This document shows, one piece after another, positions 32,332 through 45,331 of a DNA stretch of 64,000 nucleotides. Location: contig CAVNZM010000012.1 in NCBI GenBank assembly GCA_963693365.1, positions 930,001-994,000 on the forward strand, written 5' to 3'. The stretch's first letter is position 1. Every line of letters begins with the position of its first letter. This DNA comes from Amoebidium appalachense. Taxonomy: Eukaryota > Protista > Ichthyosporea. The notes below the pieces were generated by a model that saw only the letters and a list, made by a program, of their open reading frames with translations, ran no database searches and was not told the origin of the DNA. Position numbers and translations under genes: made by a program.

Positions 32332-33750
32332 TCACGGGTCGACCTTCTTCTCGCTGCCCGCTTCCACAGGCACGGCCGAGTCAGTGCGGTCCTCCCCGCT
32401 GATGCGCTTGTGGGCCACCAGGCCGGTGAAGGGGATGGAGGCCTCGAACAGCACCCAGCAGATGACCATCTGGATCAGCCACGACGACGAGTTTGTGGCC
32501 AGCGTGTTGTCGATGCTCCATGCAATGGCCGCCCCGGCCGACTGCACGCCCTTGTAGTAGCCGGCAAACCGCGCAGACTCGTCGCAGTCGTCCGTAATGG
32601 CGCCCATGACCCAGTAGGCGTAGGTCTGCAGCATGGCGTCGGCCATGCCGTACAGCAGGAACACGAGGATGGGGAAGATATAGGCCGCACCGTCGGCAAC
32701 ATCAAGGCGGGGGCGGCACGTGTTTGTGTTGGGGTTGTAGATCATGCCGGCACAGGCGGGGTCGGTGGACAGGTTGACGTCGTAGCCGCCCTGGTAGCCG
32801 ATCTGCAGGTACAGGCCCAGGCAGTAGGTGATGGTGAAGAACACCCCCAGGATGGCCAGCCCGTACAGCCCCCGGAGGCGCTTGCTCATGCTGGGCCGGT
32901 CCAGGAACACCTGCCCAAACAGGTAGGCACCAATCATCTGCGACCCCCAGTACAGCGCGCTGTTGAGGCCGCGGGCACGCACACTGAACAGGCCTCCGTT
33001 GACGGCGTTGAACTGGTAGGTGTAGAACCAGTTGGAGGAGATGAAGAGGGGCGTGAGCAGCAGCATGTTGACGTTGGTGAACATCATGGCCACGTTCTTG
33101 AACTCCTCCACAGGGCCCGTGGCCTTTGCAAACGACACGGGCATGCCGTCCTCGCGCACAACACTCTTGGGGTTGGCCAGGAGCACAAAGGCCGCGATGG
33201 AGCCACAGGCCATGAGGGCGGCAAAGGTGAAGTAGGAGGCGGGGTTGGCCTTGCCGACGTCATTGTTGAAGTTGAGGGCAAACGAGAGGATGCCGCCGGC
33301 CAGGCCGCCCAGGTTGAAGATGATCCAGAAGATGGAGATGTACGTGCCTTTCTTATCGGGCGTGGCGTAGGCCATCATCATGGCGCCCTGTGCCGTCCAG
33401 AACAGACCTGCACCAATGCCCAGCACGGCGCCCGAGAGGATGGCCAGCCAGCCGAGGTCTTTGTTGATGCCGGCCAAATACTGGGCCACGGCATAGAAGC
33501 AGTAGGTGGCGCTGCCCACGCCCATGAGGATGCGGTTGCCGAAGATGTTGAAAAACAGGCCGCCAAAGTAGCCGAAGATGGCAAAGGTGGCGTAGAGGGC
33601 CGTGTTGGCATTGTTTGCTACCGTTGGGTCGTCAGACCCGGCACCACCCAGACCGGACAGTGCGTTGAAGATGCCCGGGCAGCAGAAGGCAATGAACGAC
33701 ACAATCACTATCTGGGCCTTGGCGGACGTGTACTTTTCTGCTAGCCCCAT
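32332..33750 (-). CDS. UNC-93-like MFS transporter / ion-channel regulatory protein (472 aa, intronless)
   Basis: Multiple hydrophobic segments. Family motifs FCCPGIFNALSGLGGAG, GIGAGLFWTAQGAMMMAY, FWIIFNLGG, SNWFYTYQFN, RARGLN, ARFAGYYKGVQSAGAA. Strong GC3 bias. Confidence 0.93.
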   Translation of the reverse strand: MGLAEKYTSAKAQIVIVSFIAFCCPGIFNALSGLGGAGSDDPTVANNANTALYATFAIFGYFGGLFFNIFGNRILMGVGSATYCFYAVAQYLAGINKDLGWLAILSGAVLGIGAGLFWTAQGAMMMAYATPDKKGTYISIFWIIFNLGGLAGGILSFALNFNNDVGKANPASYFTFAALMACGSIAAFVLLANPKSVVREDGMPVSFAKATGPVEEFKNVAMMFTNVNMLLLTPLFISSNWFYTYQFNAVNGGLFSVRARGLNSALYWGSQMIGAYLFGQVFLDRPSMSKRLRGLYGLAILGVFFTITYCLGLYLQIGYQGGYDVNLSTDPACAGMIYNPNTNTCRPRLDVADGAAYIFPILVFLLYGMADAMLQTYAYWVMGAITDDCDESARFAGYYKGVQSAGAAIAWSIDNTLATNSSSWLIQMVICWVLFEASIPFTGLVAHKRISGEDRTDSAVPVEAGSEKKVDP

Positions 33751-33901
33751 GATGATTCTGGTGATAGTGTTGCAAGTTTGGTTTTGGGCTTGTAATGCTC
33801 CAAAAAGCTGAGGATTATACAGGATGCGTTACTGATTGAGTGGGTCTTCGTGTTTGACTTCGCAATTGCAATGTGGATTGTGGAAGTGACTACCGGAGGG
33901 C

Positions 33902-33909
33902 TTTATATA
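33902..33909 (-). promoter_or_regulatory. TATA box of the UNC-93-like gene
   Basis: TATATAAA on the minus strand ~150 bp upstream of the ATG; absent from the pseudogene copy. Confidence 0.55.
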
Positions 33910-34312
33910 CTTTTTTGGATCTGATCGCATTCCTACAGCCTACAGGTGCCCCATCCACCAATCGATAACACTTTGATCTTGGGGGGAAATCTGGCAATGG
34001 TGGGAAATCTGAAGAATCCTAGCCTGCCTAGATCACAGCGTACAAGTGCTCAGCGCCCGAACTTCAAAGAAAAGTCGGAATATAATCTGAAATAGCGAAC
34101 TGTTTTGCATTTACGCTGTAAAAAATTATCGATATTTGCCAAAACACTATTTCTGCTGCGTGGACTCAGCTCCTGATCAATCTCAGGGGCTTCCCACTTC
34201 TCTGGCCAACCAGATTTTTCGAAAGAAAAAAAGATTTTTTTTTTTTTCCGAACATTTGGCCGGAGATCCACCAATCGGAGTATCCAAGATGAACAGCCAA
34301 CTTGACCATCTG

Positions 34313-34403
34313 CAGGGTTCGAATTTAAGTATCAATGGGGGCCAGCTCATCCTTTGGGAATCGCCAAAAAGACTGGGAACACCCTCATGGCCGGCTGGCC
34401 AGC

Positions 34404-34441
<38 letters not shown>

Positions 34442-34953
34442 CAGTCGCTGTGTTCTGTTTTTTTTGGCGAAGAGTGTGCAGGGTGGTCTGAAATAGTGGC
34501 CAGGGGCCATCAATATCATCTGAGCAGGCCTAGGGGAGGTGGAGGGGGACCTGACTCCGGGTCGGGGCCCGGGCGCGGGAGGGACTCGGAGCTCGGGGAG
34601 GCCTAGGATGGGGGAGGGAAGGGGCTGGGGTGCATGTCTGTTTGACTCATGGCATGGTCATAGTCACTAGTAGGTGGGGACGTGCTGTTTTGAAGGTGGG
34701 GACGTGCTGTTTTATCACGAGCACATCAGGCGCATGTAGGTGCTGTAGTGACTGGAGCCCGGAGGGCCGGGGGAGGGAACAGGCGGGCCAGGGACAAATA
34801 GAATATTCCCGTGGCGCCAGCCCGAAAAAAAAAAAATTTATGAGGTTTTTGCACACTGTTTTCGCGCTCCTTTTTTAGATTTTGAGACTTTGGACACCGG
34901 GGGAACGTGCTATTTATCACGAGTACGTAAATATGTAGGGGCTGTAGCTGACT

Positions 34954-35010
<57 letters not shown>

Positions 35011-35104
35011 GGGGGGGGGGGGGGGGGGGGGGAGGCTGTCCCATCATCCTTGGACGGTCTTTGGGAAATCCTTCAAAAAGGTTTTTTGGTAACTTCGAAC
35101 TCTG
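34313..35104. mobile_element. Possible degenerate hAT-like element between the UNC-93 copies
   Basis: Imperfect TIRs CAGGGTTCGAATTT...AACTTCGAACTCTG (12/14 match). No convincing TSD. Confidence 0.25.
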
Positions 35105-35544
35105 ACAACTCGCAAGGCCGCTGAACACTGCGGGAGATAATCCATTCAATACTTCAGATCAAACGATACTATGTAAGGGGAGTGCCCGCAAGCTTGGATT
35201 GGTTGGCGAAAAAAGAAAAATGAATGGTCGCACGCGCGCATACCGGGGATTCGGCCCCGGGACCCAGAGGAGTCGTTCATGCCAGTGTTGAGCTACAGCT
35301 TGAAACTGCACGAAAGTAAACTCAGCCATTTGTTGAAGATGTAATGGCTTTCATCGACTTATCAGCCTGCTTACTAATTTTAACTCAGTCACCGAGAACA
35401 TGATTGATATGTGCAAGTTAGACATCAGTGGTGCCACGGCCCACGGAGCGGGGCTGCTGAGGCTCCTGGCCCCAGCCGGCCCCCAGGATTCGGGAATCCA
35501 TTTCAAATTTTTCTGATCATCAAATGGACAATATGATTCGTCGA

Positions 35545-36962
35545 TGAAGCACCTGTAGGAATGCCACCAAGATCCAAAAAAGCCCAAATGCCCCCCGTCT
35601 TCCACCATCACATCACATTGCAAAGTCAAACACGAAGATCCATTCAATCAGTAAAGCATTCTGTAAAATCCTCAGCCTGTGGGAACATTATAAGCCAACA
35701 CGGCCCTCTACGCCACTTTTGCCATCTTTGGCTACTTTGGCGGCCTGTTCTTCAACATTCATCCTCATGGGCGTGGGCAGCGCCACCTACTGCTTCTATG
35801 CCGTGGCCCAGTACCTGGCCGGCGTCAACAAAGACCTCGGCTGGCTGGCCATCCTCTCGGGCGCCGTGCTGGGCATTGCCGCCGGTCTGTTCTGGACGGC
35901 GCAGGGGGCCATGATGATGGCCTACGCCACGCCCGAGAAGAAGGGCACGTACATTTCCATCTTCTGGTCTTCAACCTGGGCGGCCTGGCCGGCGGCATCC
36001 TCTCGTTTGCCCTCAACTTCAACAATGACGTCGGCAAGGCCAACCCCGCCTCCTACTTCACCTTTGCCGCCCTCATGGCCTGTGGCTCCATCGCGGCCTT
36101 TGTGCTCCTGGCCAACCCCAAGAGTGTTGTGCGCGAGGACGGCATGCCCGTGTCGTTTGCAAAGGCCACGGGCCCTGTGGAGGAGTTCAAGAACGTGGCC
36201 ATGATGTTCACCAACGTCAACATGCTGCTGCTCACGCCCCTCTTCATCTCCTCCAACTGGTTCTACACCTACCAGTTCAACGCCGTCAACGGGGGCCTGT
36301 TCAGTGTGCGTGCCCGCGGCCTCAACAGTGTGCTGTACTGGGGGTCGCAGATGATTGGTGCCTACCTGTTTGGGCAGGTGTTCCTGGACCGGCCCAGCAT
36401 GAGCAAGCGCCTCCGGGGGCTGTACGGGCTGGCCATCCTGGGGGTGTTCTTCACCATCACCTACTGCCTGGGCCTGTACCTGCAGATCGGCTACCAGGGC
36501 GGCTATGACGTCAGCCTATCCACCGACCCCGCCTGTGCCGGCATGATCTACAACCCCAACACAAACACGTGCCGCCCCCGCCTTGACGTTAACGTTGCCG
36601 ACGGTGCGGCCTACATCTTCCCCATCCTCGTGTTCCTGCTGTACGGCATGGCCGACGCCATGCTGCAGACCTACGCCTACTGGGTCATGGGCGCCATCAC
36701 GAATGACTGCAACGAGTCTGCGCGGTTTGCCGGCTACTACAAGCGCGTGCAGTCGGCCGGGGCGGCCATTGCGTGGAGCATCGACAACACGCTGGCCACA
36801 AACTCATCGTCGTGGCTGATCCAAATGGTCATCTGCTGGGTGCTGTTCGAGGTCTCCATCCCCTTCACCGGCCTGGTGGCCCACAAGAGCATCAGCGGGG
36901 AGGACCGCACTGACTCGGCCGTGCCTGTGCAGGCGGATAGTGAGAAGAAGGTCGACCCGTGA
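35545..36962 (+). pseudogene. Inverted duplicate of the UNC-93-like gene, pseudogenised
   Basis: Near-identical to the reverse complement of 32332-33950. A deletion fuses the 5'UTR to about codon 48 and removes the ATG. It also has an 11-nt deletion (~35758), a 4-nt deletion (~35968), a 6-nt insertion (~36590), YYKGVQ changed to YYKRVQ, and no TATA box. Confidence 0.88.
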
Positions 36963-37218
36963 ATATTATAGGAAAAGGGGTTTTTTTTATGCAATTTGGA
37001 ATGTGTGTTCCTTCCTTTTTCTATCTCGGTGCCCCTTTTTTCCTCCTGCGCGCCGCCCTCCCTCCCCCCCCTCCCATGCCTTCTCGCACTGTCTGCCTCG
37101 TCTTTCTTCCCGCTGTTTTGAGCTCAAATTATAGGCTGAAATGATACTGCGGCAGGCATCAACGGCCCACAGGAAAAAAAAGGATCGCACGTTCATGGCA
37201 ATTACGTTGTAGATATGG

Positions 37219-37262
<44 letters not shown>

Positions 37263-37444
37263 AAAAAAAAACACCTTTCCAAACGCCCCAAAAATATAAG
37301 GTACAAACCATTCGGAAAGCAAATGGCCTACCTGCCACGTACTAATATAAGTTTGTTCGGATTCCTATCATCAGAGTTTACACCACATTAAGCTGTTATC
37401 AGTTTGGGAATTACAAGGAGCCGGGCGTGTATGTGTGTGTGGGC

Positions 37445-37475
<31 letters not shown>

Positions 37476-37687
37476 GGGGGGGAGGGGGGGGGGGGGGGGG
37501 GAGGGGGTGGTGGTGGTGGTGGTGCGGGTGGGGTTGGGGGGGGGGGTAAGGGAGGGTGGACTCCTCAGAAGAGCCAAAAAAACAAAATAATAAATAAAAA
37601 AGAAAAAAAAAAAGGGAACACAGAAGAAAAGAAAAGAACGTAACACGGGGGGAAAAAACAGTGTCCCAGCTTGCCTAACGGCATTCT

Positions 37688-37747
<60 letters not shown>

Positions 37748-38745
37748 CTGTGTGTGCTTCTATGTGTTGGGTATGCATGCGGGCTGCAGCGGTTTGTGTG
37801 ACTGTGTGTGTGTGTGAGTGTGTGTGAATGCACGTGTGCCCGACTCTTCCGGCGTGTCAGATCACACACGTTTTGGAAAGGTTCTTTCCTGGCTATGTGA
37901 GGTGTGGTGTTTGTGCACTTGTGGGTTGCTGTGGGTGCCTAAGAGAGTGTGTCTAAATGATGGTGGTGGTGGTGGTAGACGGTTGGGAGGACCGGGGAGG
38001 GGGGGGGGGGGGGGGGGGGAGGGGAGGGGGGAGGGGGTGGAGAAGACCGAGGGTTGGGGGGGGGGGGGGGGGGGGGGGGGAAATCAAAATAGGCGAGATT
38101 CTTTGTTGTATACTGGTGACATTGGGTACATTTACACCGAGGACACACGTGCGCGTGCGCGCGCGTGTCTGTGTGTGTGTGTGTGTTGTGTGTGTGTGTA
38201 TGTGTGTGTGTGTGCGTATGTGAGCTCGCGCGTGTGTGTTCATGTTCATGCGCGCGCGTGTGTGTGTGGGTGTGGGTACGTGCGGGTGTCTGTGTGCGCG
38301 TATGTGTGTGTGGTTGGGTGGGTGACCCATGTGAATTATGTAAATGGCCCGGAGGAAGGGGGAGGGGGGGGGAGGGGGGGGGAGTCCGTAGGTGATGTTA
38401 CACTTCTAACCTGAAAAGCCCAAACCAGCTTGGTGATATGGATTTTGTGGTGTCGTGGCGGGTGGTTTTTCGCATGCTCGTGCACGCATAAGTGTGTGTG
38501 TGTGTTTGGGGGGGGGGGGGGGGGGGGGGGGGGTGGGGATGGGGAGGGTGCATGTGGGTGTTTGTGGGGGGCCCGGAGAGAGGGGATGTGGGAGGGGGAG
38601 GGGGTTGGGAGGGGGGGCCGGGGGGGGGGGGGGGGAGGGTAGGGGGGTAGGGAGGGGGGCATAGGACCTGCCCATATCACTGTGGACAATGTGAATTGCA
38701 AAGTCCAACCCAATTTGACGATCTGGGCTTTTTTTTTTTTTTTTT

Positions 38746-38798
<53 letters not shown>

Positions 38799-38834
38799 GG
38801 ATGTAGGGTGGTTTTGTGGGCGTTCGTGAGTATT

Positions 38835-38865
<31 letters not shown>

Positions 38866-39160
38866 TTGGCGTGGAAAGGGGGAGGGGGAGGGGGGGGGAG
38901 GAGGGCATATGGGTGTATGTGGAGGGTCCGGAGGGGAGGGTGGGCTCGATAGATGATGCTACATCTCAATGCAAATGTCGAAGACTAAAGTAGTTTGGTG
39001 TTTTGGAATTTTGCGCCGGTTGTGGGTTATGACCTGTGAACTTGTGATTATGTGCGTGCGCGTGAGTGTGTGTGCCTGTGCCTGTGTGTTTGAGTGAGTA
39101 TGGGTGTGTTGTGTGTCTGTGTGTGTGTGTGTTTGTGTGTGCTTTGTGCGTGTGTGCGTG

Positions 39161-39212
<52 letters not shown>

Positions 39213-39258
39213 TGTTTGCGTCTGTGTGTCTGTGCGTGTGTGCATGTGTGTGCGTGTT

Positions 39259-39348
<90 letters not shown>

Positions 39349-40053
39349 CGTGTGACACGGTGTGTGTGTGTGCTTGTGTGTGTGTGTATGTGTGTGTGTG
39401 TGTGTGCGTGTGCGTGTGTGTGTGTGTGTGTGCGTGTGTGTGTATGTGTGTGTGTGTGTGTGTGCGTGCATGTGTGTGTGATCCTGTGTGTGCCGGTGTG
39501 TGTGTATTTCGGGGTGTTAGTGTGACAAACGAATAGTGCCTATGATCCTAATGAAACTGGGTAATAATGGAGGAAAGTAGAGATAGAACACGTGCAGGGG
39601 TTAAGGGGGGGGGGGGGGGGGGGGAACTATCCTTGCTAAGTCGCCCGCACATTGACTCCAAGGGGAAGGGAATGGAATGGGGTTTTTGGGCCTACCGGGA
39701 GGGGGAGGAGGACTCAGTGGTAAGGACGAGGGGGGGGGGGGGGGGGAGGGGGGGGGGGGGGTAAGCACGGTAGTTGTGCCCCTCCACGATTGGATCTTAG
39801 GCCCCAAACACACCCCGATTATCGCCTCTACCAGTAATTGCTCGGGTTTTTCGAAAGTTGGCATTCATTTTCTGCCACCACCCGAATTCAAGCCGTAAAG
39901 TACTCTTAGAAATAATGCCTGCTAGAAGTGGGGTTATTGGAGTTAAGGGTGGAGGGATATTTGTTTGTTTTTTGGTTGATGGGGAGGGTGGGAGGGAGGG
40001 AGGGTGGGTGGATGGCTATGGGTGGGTGGGGGTGGTGTGGTGGTGGTGGTGGT

Positions 40054-40097
<44 letters not shown>

Positions 40098-42244
40098 CGG
40101 AGGTTGGGGCAAAGGGGAGAGATCTCTCAAAGGGTGAACGAGGGCTTATAGCATGGGAAGTAGAGTATAGACCGTGAATCAGTAGTGCATGAGTTCAATT
40201 TTCTGGAGCCTTTAAAATATCGTAAGCATCTTCTAATAACATTCGCAAGCTGGAGGGATAAGGAATTTCTAAATATGAAACCGTTGCGCGCGTCCCGGGG
40301 GGAGGGGGGGGGAGGGGGGGGGGGGAGGTGTCCGATAAAATCGAAATCCTTCCTAAGATAGTATCCCTTCTTCCCCCTCCCCCCCCTCCCCCCCTCCTTA
40401 CCCCCTCCGGACACAACTCTCTCCTGCCCACGCCTACCTCCTTGCACCTCACCAACCAACCTCTACCGAGGTTTCGGTAAGCAACACCAATGCCGGTCCA
40501 AGATGTGAATACCATGAGTGTTTTGCGCGCTGGAAACGGCAAGTTAGGGTGGTCGGGAGGCATATGTTGGTAGTAAGGATAAGGCGACACTCTGATAATA
40601 ACACACGGAGTGAGTGAGCAATAAGTTTACTTTATAGAGAGAGACGCTGGGGGGGGGGGGGGGGGGGAGGGGGGGGAGGGGGGGGGGGGGGGGAAGGGGG
40701 GGGGGGGGGGGGGGGAGTTGTAGAAAGGGGTGGTGACCCCAGCAGGGGGCGGCGGAAGAGAAAGGGGGGTAGGGGTGGGGGGGTGGGGTGAGAGTAGAGG
40801 GGGGGGTTGGGGGGTGGGCGGACTAAAAACACGTTACAATTATTAGTACCTATAATAGAACTAAGAGATTCACAGTAAACCTCTTAATTGATGGAGAATC
40901 GGATGAAAATCCATTTCAGACCCGAGTTCAAAAATCCATTTGAGACCGTTAAAACTCTAAATTTGACAATTTCTGGATTTAGGATTGATATTTTCATCTT
41001 ATATCGGGTGCCCTAGGTGTGCAACCTAACATCTAATAATCAGGGAAAGGCCAACTAGTTATAAGCTTCAATGTTCATATTTTGGGATTGTGCATGTAAA
41101 CTGCTGCATCAGGGCAGTTATAGCTTATATATGAGGATATCCATTATGTGCAGGCACGGCAGCCGGAGGGGTACGGGGTCCCTTCTCCCTCACTCCTTCC
41201 CACCCCCTCAACCCCACACACAGGCACACACAAACACACATACACACACACCTGGCCGGTGGGGAGGGGGGGCCCGGGGGGGGGGGGGGGGGGGGGAGAC
41301 CTACCGGTTAGGGTCTTCTTCCATGGAGGATTGCCGAAGGATTGGGCAGGTTCCTCCCCCCTTTCACTCCCCGTTCTGCCCCCTCTCGGAGAGGCCCATG
41401 CATGAGAGCAAGGTTGTTGCCCCCTTCCTCCCCCCCCCCCCCCCCCCCCCCCCCTTCACACACACACACACACACCTCATGATCAAGATTACCCTTCATC
41501 TCCCCCCCCCCCCCCCCTCCCCTCCCCCCGTTCAAAAGTCGAGGCTTTTCATTGGTCTGCCAAGCTCCAGTCTGAGCTACAGGTGACCACATATCTTATA
41601 TGCACAAACTTGTATATTGAAAATTCCTATGCATGTCGACACTTCACCCGTCACCATCACCGGACGAAAGGAGCCTTCTAGGTCCGAAGAACCCAGCAAA
41701 CCCCAGTCATCCCATAAGATGTGGTAGCCTCCTCCCCCCCCCCCCCCCCCCCCCCCCCCCCGCTCTCCTTCCCCCATGGCAAATCCCTGTCATGTTATAT
41801 TGAGGAGTGTTTGCAGACCCGAGGCAAGCCCTGACGCCGGGAAAGGCAACCGAGGAATCTACGTCCTGGACAAAACCTTTCCCTTGTATCGTGACCCTTG
41901 TGCAATAAGAATTAGAGACTGTAAACATTAACCAATCACAATAAAAGGTTATAATGACTGTGTATATAATGCTCCGGGATGGTGGGTGGGGAGATTAAGG
42001 GAAGATAAGAGCTAGAGTAGCCACTTGGTATCGAAGTGAGCTTCTGCTGGCTGATGCTTAGCAAGTGAACCCTGAATTGGGCACTAATTTATGATAGGCA
42101 GGCCCAGATCGATCTTTGTAGATGAGTGCACCCGGTGCCCCCTGGGCCAATCTGAAATCGTCCGGGTCGCCGGCTGCTGTGGGGGGAGAAAAGGGGGATA
42201 GAGGGAAGGGGGGTGCGGGGAGTGGGGGGGGGGGCGGGGGGGGG

Positions 42245-42276
<32 letters not shown>

Positions 42277-43080
42277 GCTCCCACATCTAACAATTGCAAG
42301 TTGTGGGGGAACCACTCCCATCAGCTACATAACACAACCTAATGTATGTAATCCACCTAACGCAATTTATAGCGTTGAAAGTAAAATAACCTTAGTATTC
42401 GATTCTTTGTATAATTAGCAATTTTGACCCGTCTCAGCAAACCTGTCACCAGCATTACTCGTACATTGGTAACCCCCCTCCCCCCTCCCTCTCCCTCCCC
42501 TTCCCCCCCCCCCCCCCCCCCCCCCCGCCCCCCTCCCTCTCCGCCAACCGTTCTCAGACGGCTATCCCAACCTTTCTTTGTGGTTCATGATTCGGAACGA
42601 AGGAATAGATGAATAATTATCACAGTCAACAAACACCGAGCATTTTAGTGATAAAATGGTAAGACTGAAACGTTGTTGAGCAACAAGCCCGGGACCAACA
42701 GTGACGAGAGACCATAACCCTTTTCAGAGAATCTCAAGACAGAGAAACGTTTGGGTAGGACTGCCCCACATGTATCCCGCACAGTAATTGAACCCTTCCA
42801 AAGCCTTAATTCGTGGCCCAGCCAAGTTGAAATCTGATAAGTCGCGGTTTGGTTGGTGGGGAGCTTGAGGTTTTGGACTGTATCCTTTTCCGTGGTTGAA
42901 GGGCACGAGGGGAGGGGGGGGGGGGGGGGGGGGGGGTATCTGAAGCATATCACGGTGGTGTTTTGCCAAATATCTCCGAAATATACTTGCCTGCGAGGGA
43001 AGAGTAGGTGAGGGGAGGGGAGGGGGAGAAGGGGGGGGGGGGGGAGTGGGGATGGGATCTAGATCCCTGTACGTGTGCAA

Positions 43081-43111
<31 letters not shown>

Positions 43112-43400
43112 GGGGGGGGAGAAGGGGGGGGGGGGGGGAGGATGGGATCTAGATCCCTGTGTGCAAAGTTTGGAATGGTTTTGGGAGAAGGGAGGGGCGG
43201 CGTCTTCTTACTTCTCAGATTGGGCAGGTGGAAGTCTTAAGGTGGGGTGAGAGGGGAGGGGGTGGTGGGGGGGGGGGCGGCGGGAGGGGAAGAGGGGTGA
43301 ACTGGAAGAGTGTTTTGTGGCCGGTTTGTGTGTGCTCATGTGTAACAAGGTGTGTATTTGTGTGGAACCTTCACTGTCAGATGTGTGTGCGTCTGTCCGT

Positions 43401-43432
<32 letters not shown>

Positions 43433-44748
43433 CCCGTTTTTGTTTGTGTGCGTGTGTCTGTCCGCATATATTTTTTTTCAGGTGTGCGCGTGGGTGTATG
43501 TGTGCCTGTGCATGTGGGGCAGTGCGCGTGCACACGCCTGTATGTTTATATGGGTGGGTTCTTTTGTGTGTGTACAGTGTGCGTGTGTGAGGTGTGTGTA
43601 TACCGATGTGGATTAAGCCAGCGCGCGCGCGTGTGTACATGCGTGTAAATACGCTGGTGTGCTTATGTGTGCGCGCCAACATGTAGGTGGCGGAGGTGAA
43701 GCAACAACAAAGGGCAGGGGTGGGGAGCGGAGGGGGAGGGGAAGTGAGGAATCAGATATCATACCATGTTGCGACCCGAGTGCACCAAATGATCCCTTCT
43801 CTCCCCCCCCCCCCCCCCTCCCCCCACCAACCCCCCCCCCCCCCCCCCCCCCCCCCCCGCGGGGCCCCTCCTCCGGGGGGCAAAGAACGCAGTGCTCACA
43901 TAATATTCTGCTCGTAAGAAAAATACTTGGGTCTTAGCACACTCCTATTGTACAGCATGATATCAAATTTATAAAAGCAGCCTCTCGTCCGATGTATCTC
44001 CCACCCCTCAAACCACCACCCCCACCACCCATTAAAACCCCTTCCTCCTCTCCCGGCCGCCAGCCTGATTAAAGATCTCCCTGAGCCGTATTCAAGTCTG
44101 AAAGCGGATCCCCCCCCCCCCCCCCCCCCTCAAGTCTAAAGGCGGATTCCCCCTCTTCCCCACCTCCTACCCCGGGCCATGACCTTCATCCTACGTAGAC
44201 TGTGAACAGCATTGTGGAATTTCGATAGGCAGAAGCTTCCTCCTCTCCTCCAGAACAGCATACTTGAATATTCCCTCCCCCTATTCCAATAATTGCCCCC
44301 CCCCACTCCCCCCACCTCCCCTCCCCACACACACACACAGAGGCCCGTTGTACAGATCCCACAGACAACATCATAGAGAAGACTGATTATTTATTACTTC
44401 AGTTTAATCCACCGAATTCAGTAAGTATATCGTGCTTCACTTTCGCACCTCATGGCCACCTGGCCCCAGTTTACAACCGTCTCATCTTCCACTATGTATG
44501 CCGCCACTGGGGCATGGTGACCGCCGTTCGATCTCTCACCATTCAAAAACTAAGAAGCAATAGATCTTTATAAGCCGCGAGCGTTAATAATACTAAACAT
44601 CGGGCGAACGATACCATATGATAGAGCCCAAACGCGCGCAGGCGGCCTACAGGATGTCGTAATAGGTTTGTAGTGTGTTCATTTGTCATGTTATCTCAGC
44701 ATTCGCAACAAACTTTACAAAAGCAGCTTTCGAGCATTTTCAGTAAAT

Positions 44749-45225
44749 CTACGAGCAGACTTCGACCGAGGCCGGAAGCGTAAGTATGGCGCCATTGTGG
44801 TGCTTAATAGTTGTGGCCGGGCGTGCCTTGGGTGAGCTCTGTGGTGAGATCTTTGGTGATGTTGCCTCCTCCTTGTCCCCATAGATGGTAAAGATGGGGC
44901 TGCGCTCGCTGACGCGGTAGCACACACAGTTGGGGTCGACCCACAGGATGAGCTCTGAAGGGAGAAGAGTTTTCAAGTTTGAAATTCCCGCCAATTCTCC
45001 AACCTCGGCGAGGAGGGGGTCAATACGGCATGGGCTGACACGTATGCATCTGTTTCCTGACCCGCGAAGGGGTTGGTCCGGGTACCACTGTTTCAAATAG
45101 CAGTATTCAAGTGTGTCCGTAAGGATCTGAACAAATGCGTTAATCTTTGACTCGTCAACTTTCTTTGTGCGCTTAAGGATGGTTGCGAAAAAGGTCGCGG
45201 TTGCTTCAAACTCCTGGATAGCCAT
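44749..45225 (-). CDS. BTG/Tob (APRO) family antiproliferative protein, 158 aa
   Basis: MAIQEFEAT... with Box A (YLKQWYPDQPLRGSGNRCIRV) and Box B (LLPSELILWVDPNCVCYRVSE). Upstream TATA on the minus strand at ~45324-45331; downstream AATAAA on the minus strand near 44390. Confidence 0.92.
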   Translation of the reverse strand: MAIQEFEATATFFATILKRTKKVDESKINAFVQILTDTLEYCYLKQWYPDQPLRGSGNRCIRVSPCRIDPLLAEVGELAGISNLKTLLPSELILWVDPNCVCYRVSERSPIFTIYGDKEEATSPKISPQSSPKARPATTIKHHNGAILTLPASVEVCS

Positions 45226-45323
45226 GTTGGCTGATGGCTGAAAAAGAGAAGTAAGAAAGAGTAGAATGTAGACATGAAGCAAAGGAACTCTGCAGATCTA
45301 ACGGCGGCTGGTGGCTTCGTTCC

Positions 45324-45331
45324 TTTATATA
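45324..45331 (-). promoter_or_regulatory. TATA box of the BTG/Tob gene
   Basis: TATATAAA on the minus strand ~100 bp upstream of the ATG, with CCAAT boxes further upstream (~45372, ~45403). Confidence 0.6.

Noticed and set aside
32410-33744. 444-aa plus-strand ORF
   Set aside because: Antisense shadow of the GC3-biased UNC-93 CDS.
42880-42889. Perfect U12-type donor GTATCCTTTT
   Set aside because: No credible upstream coding exon and no matching downstream U12 branch point identified.
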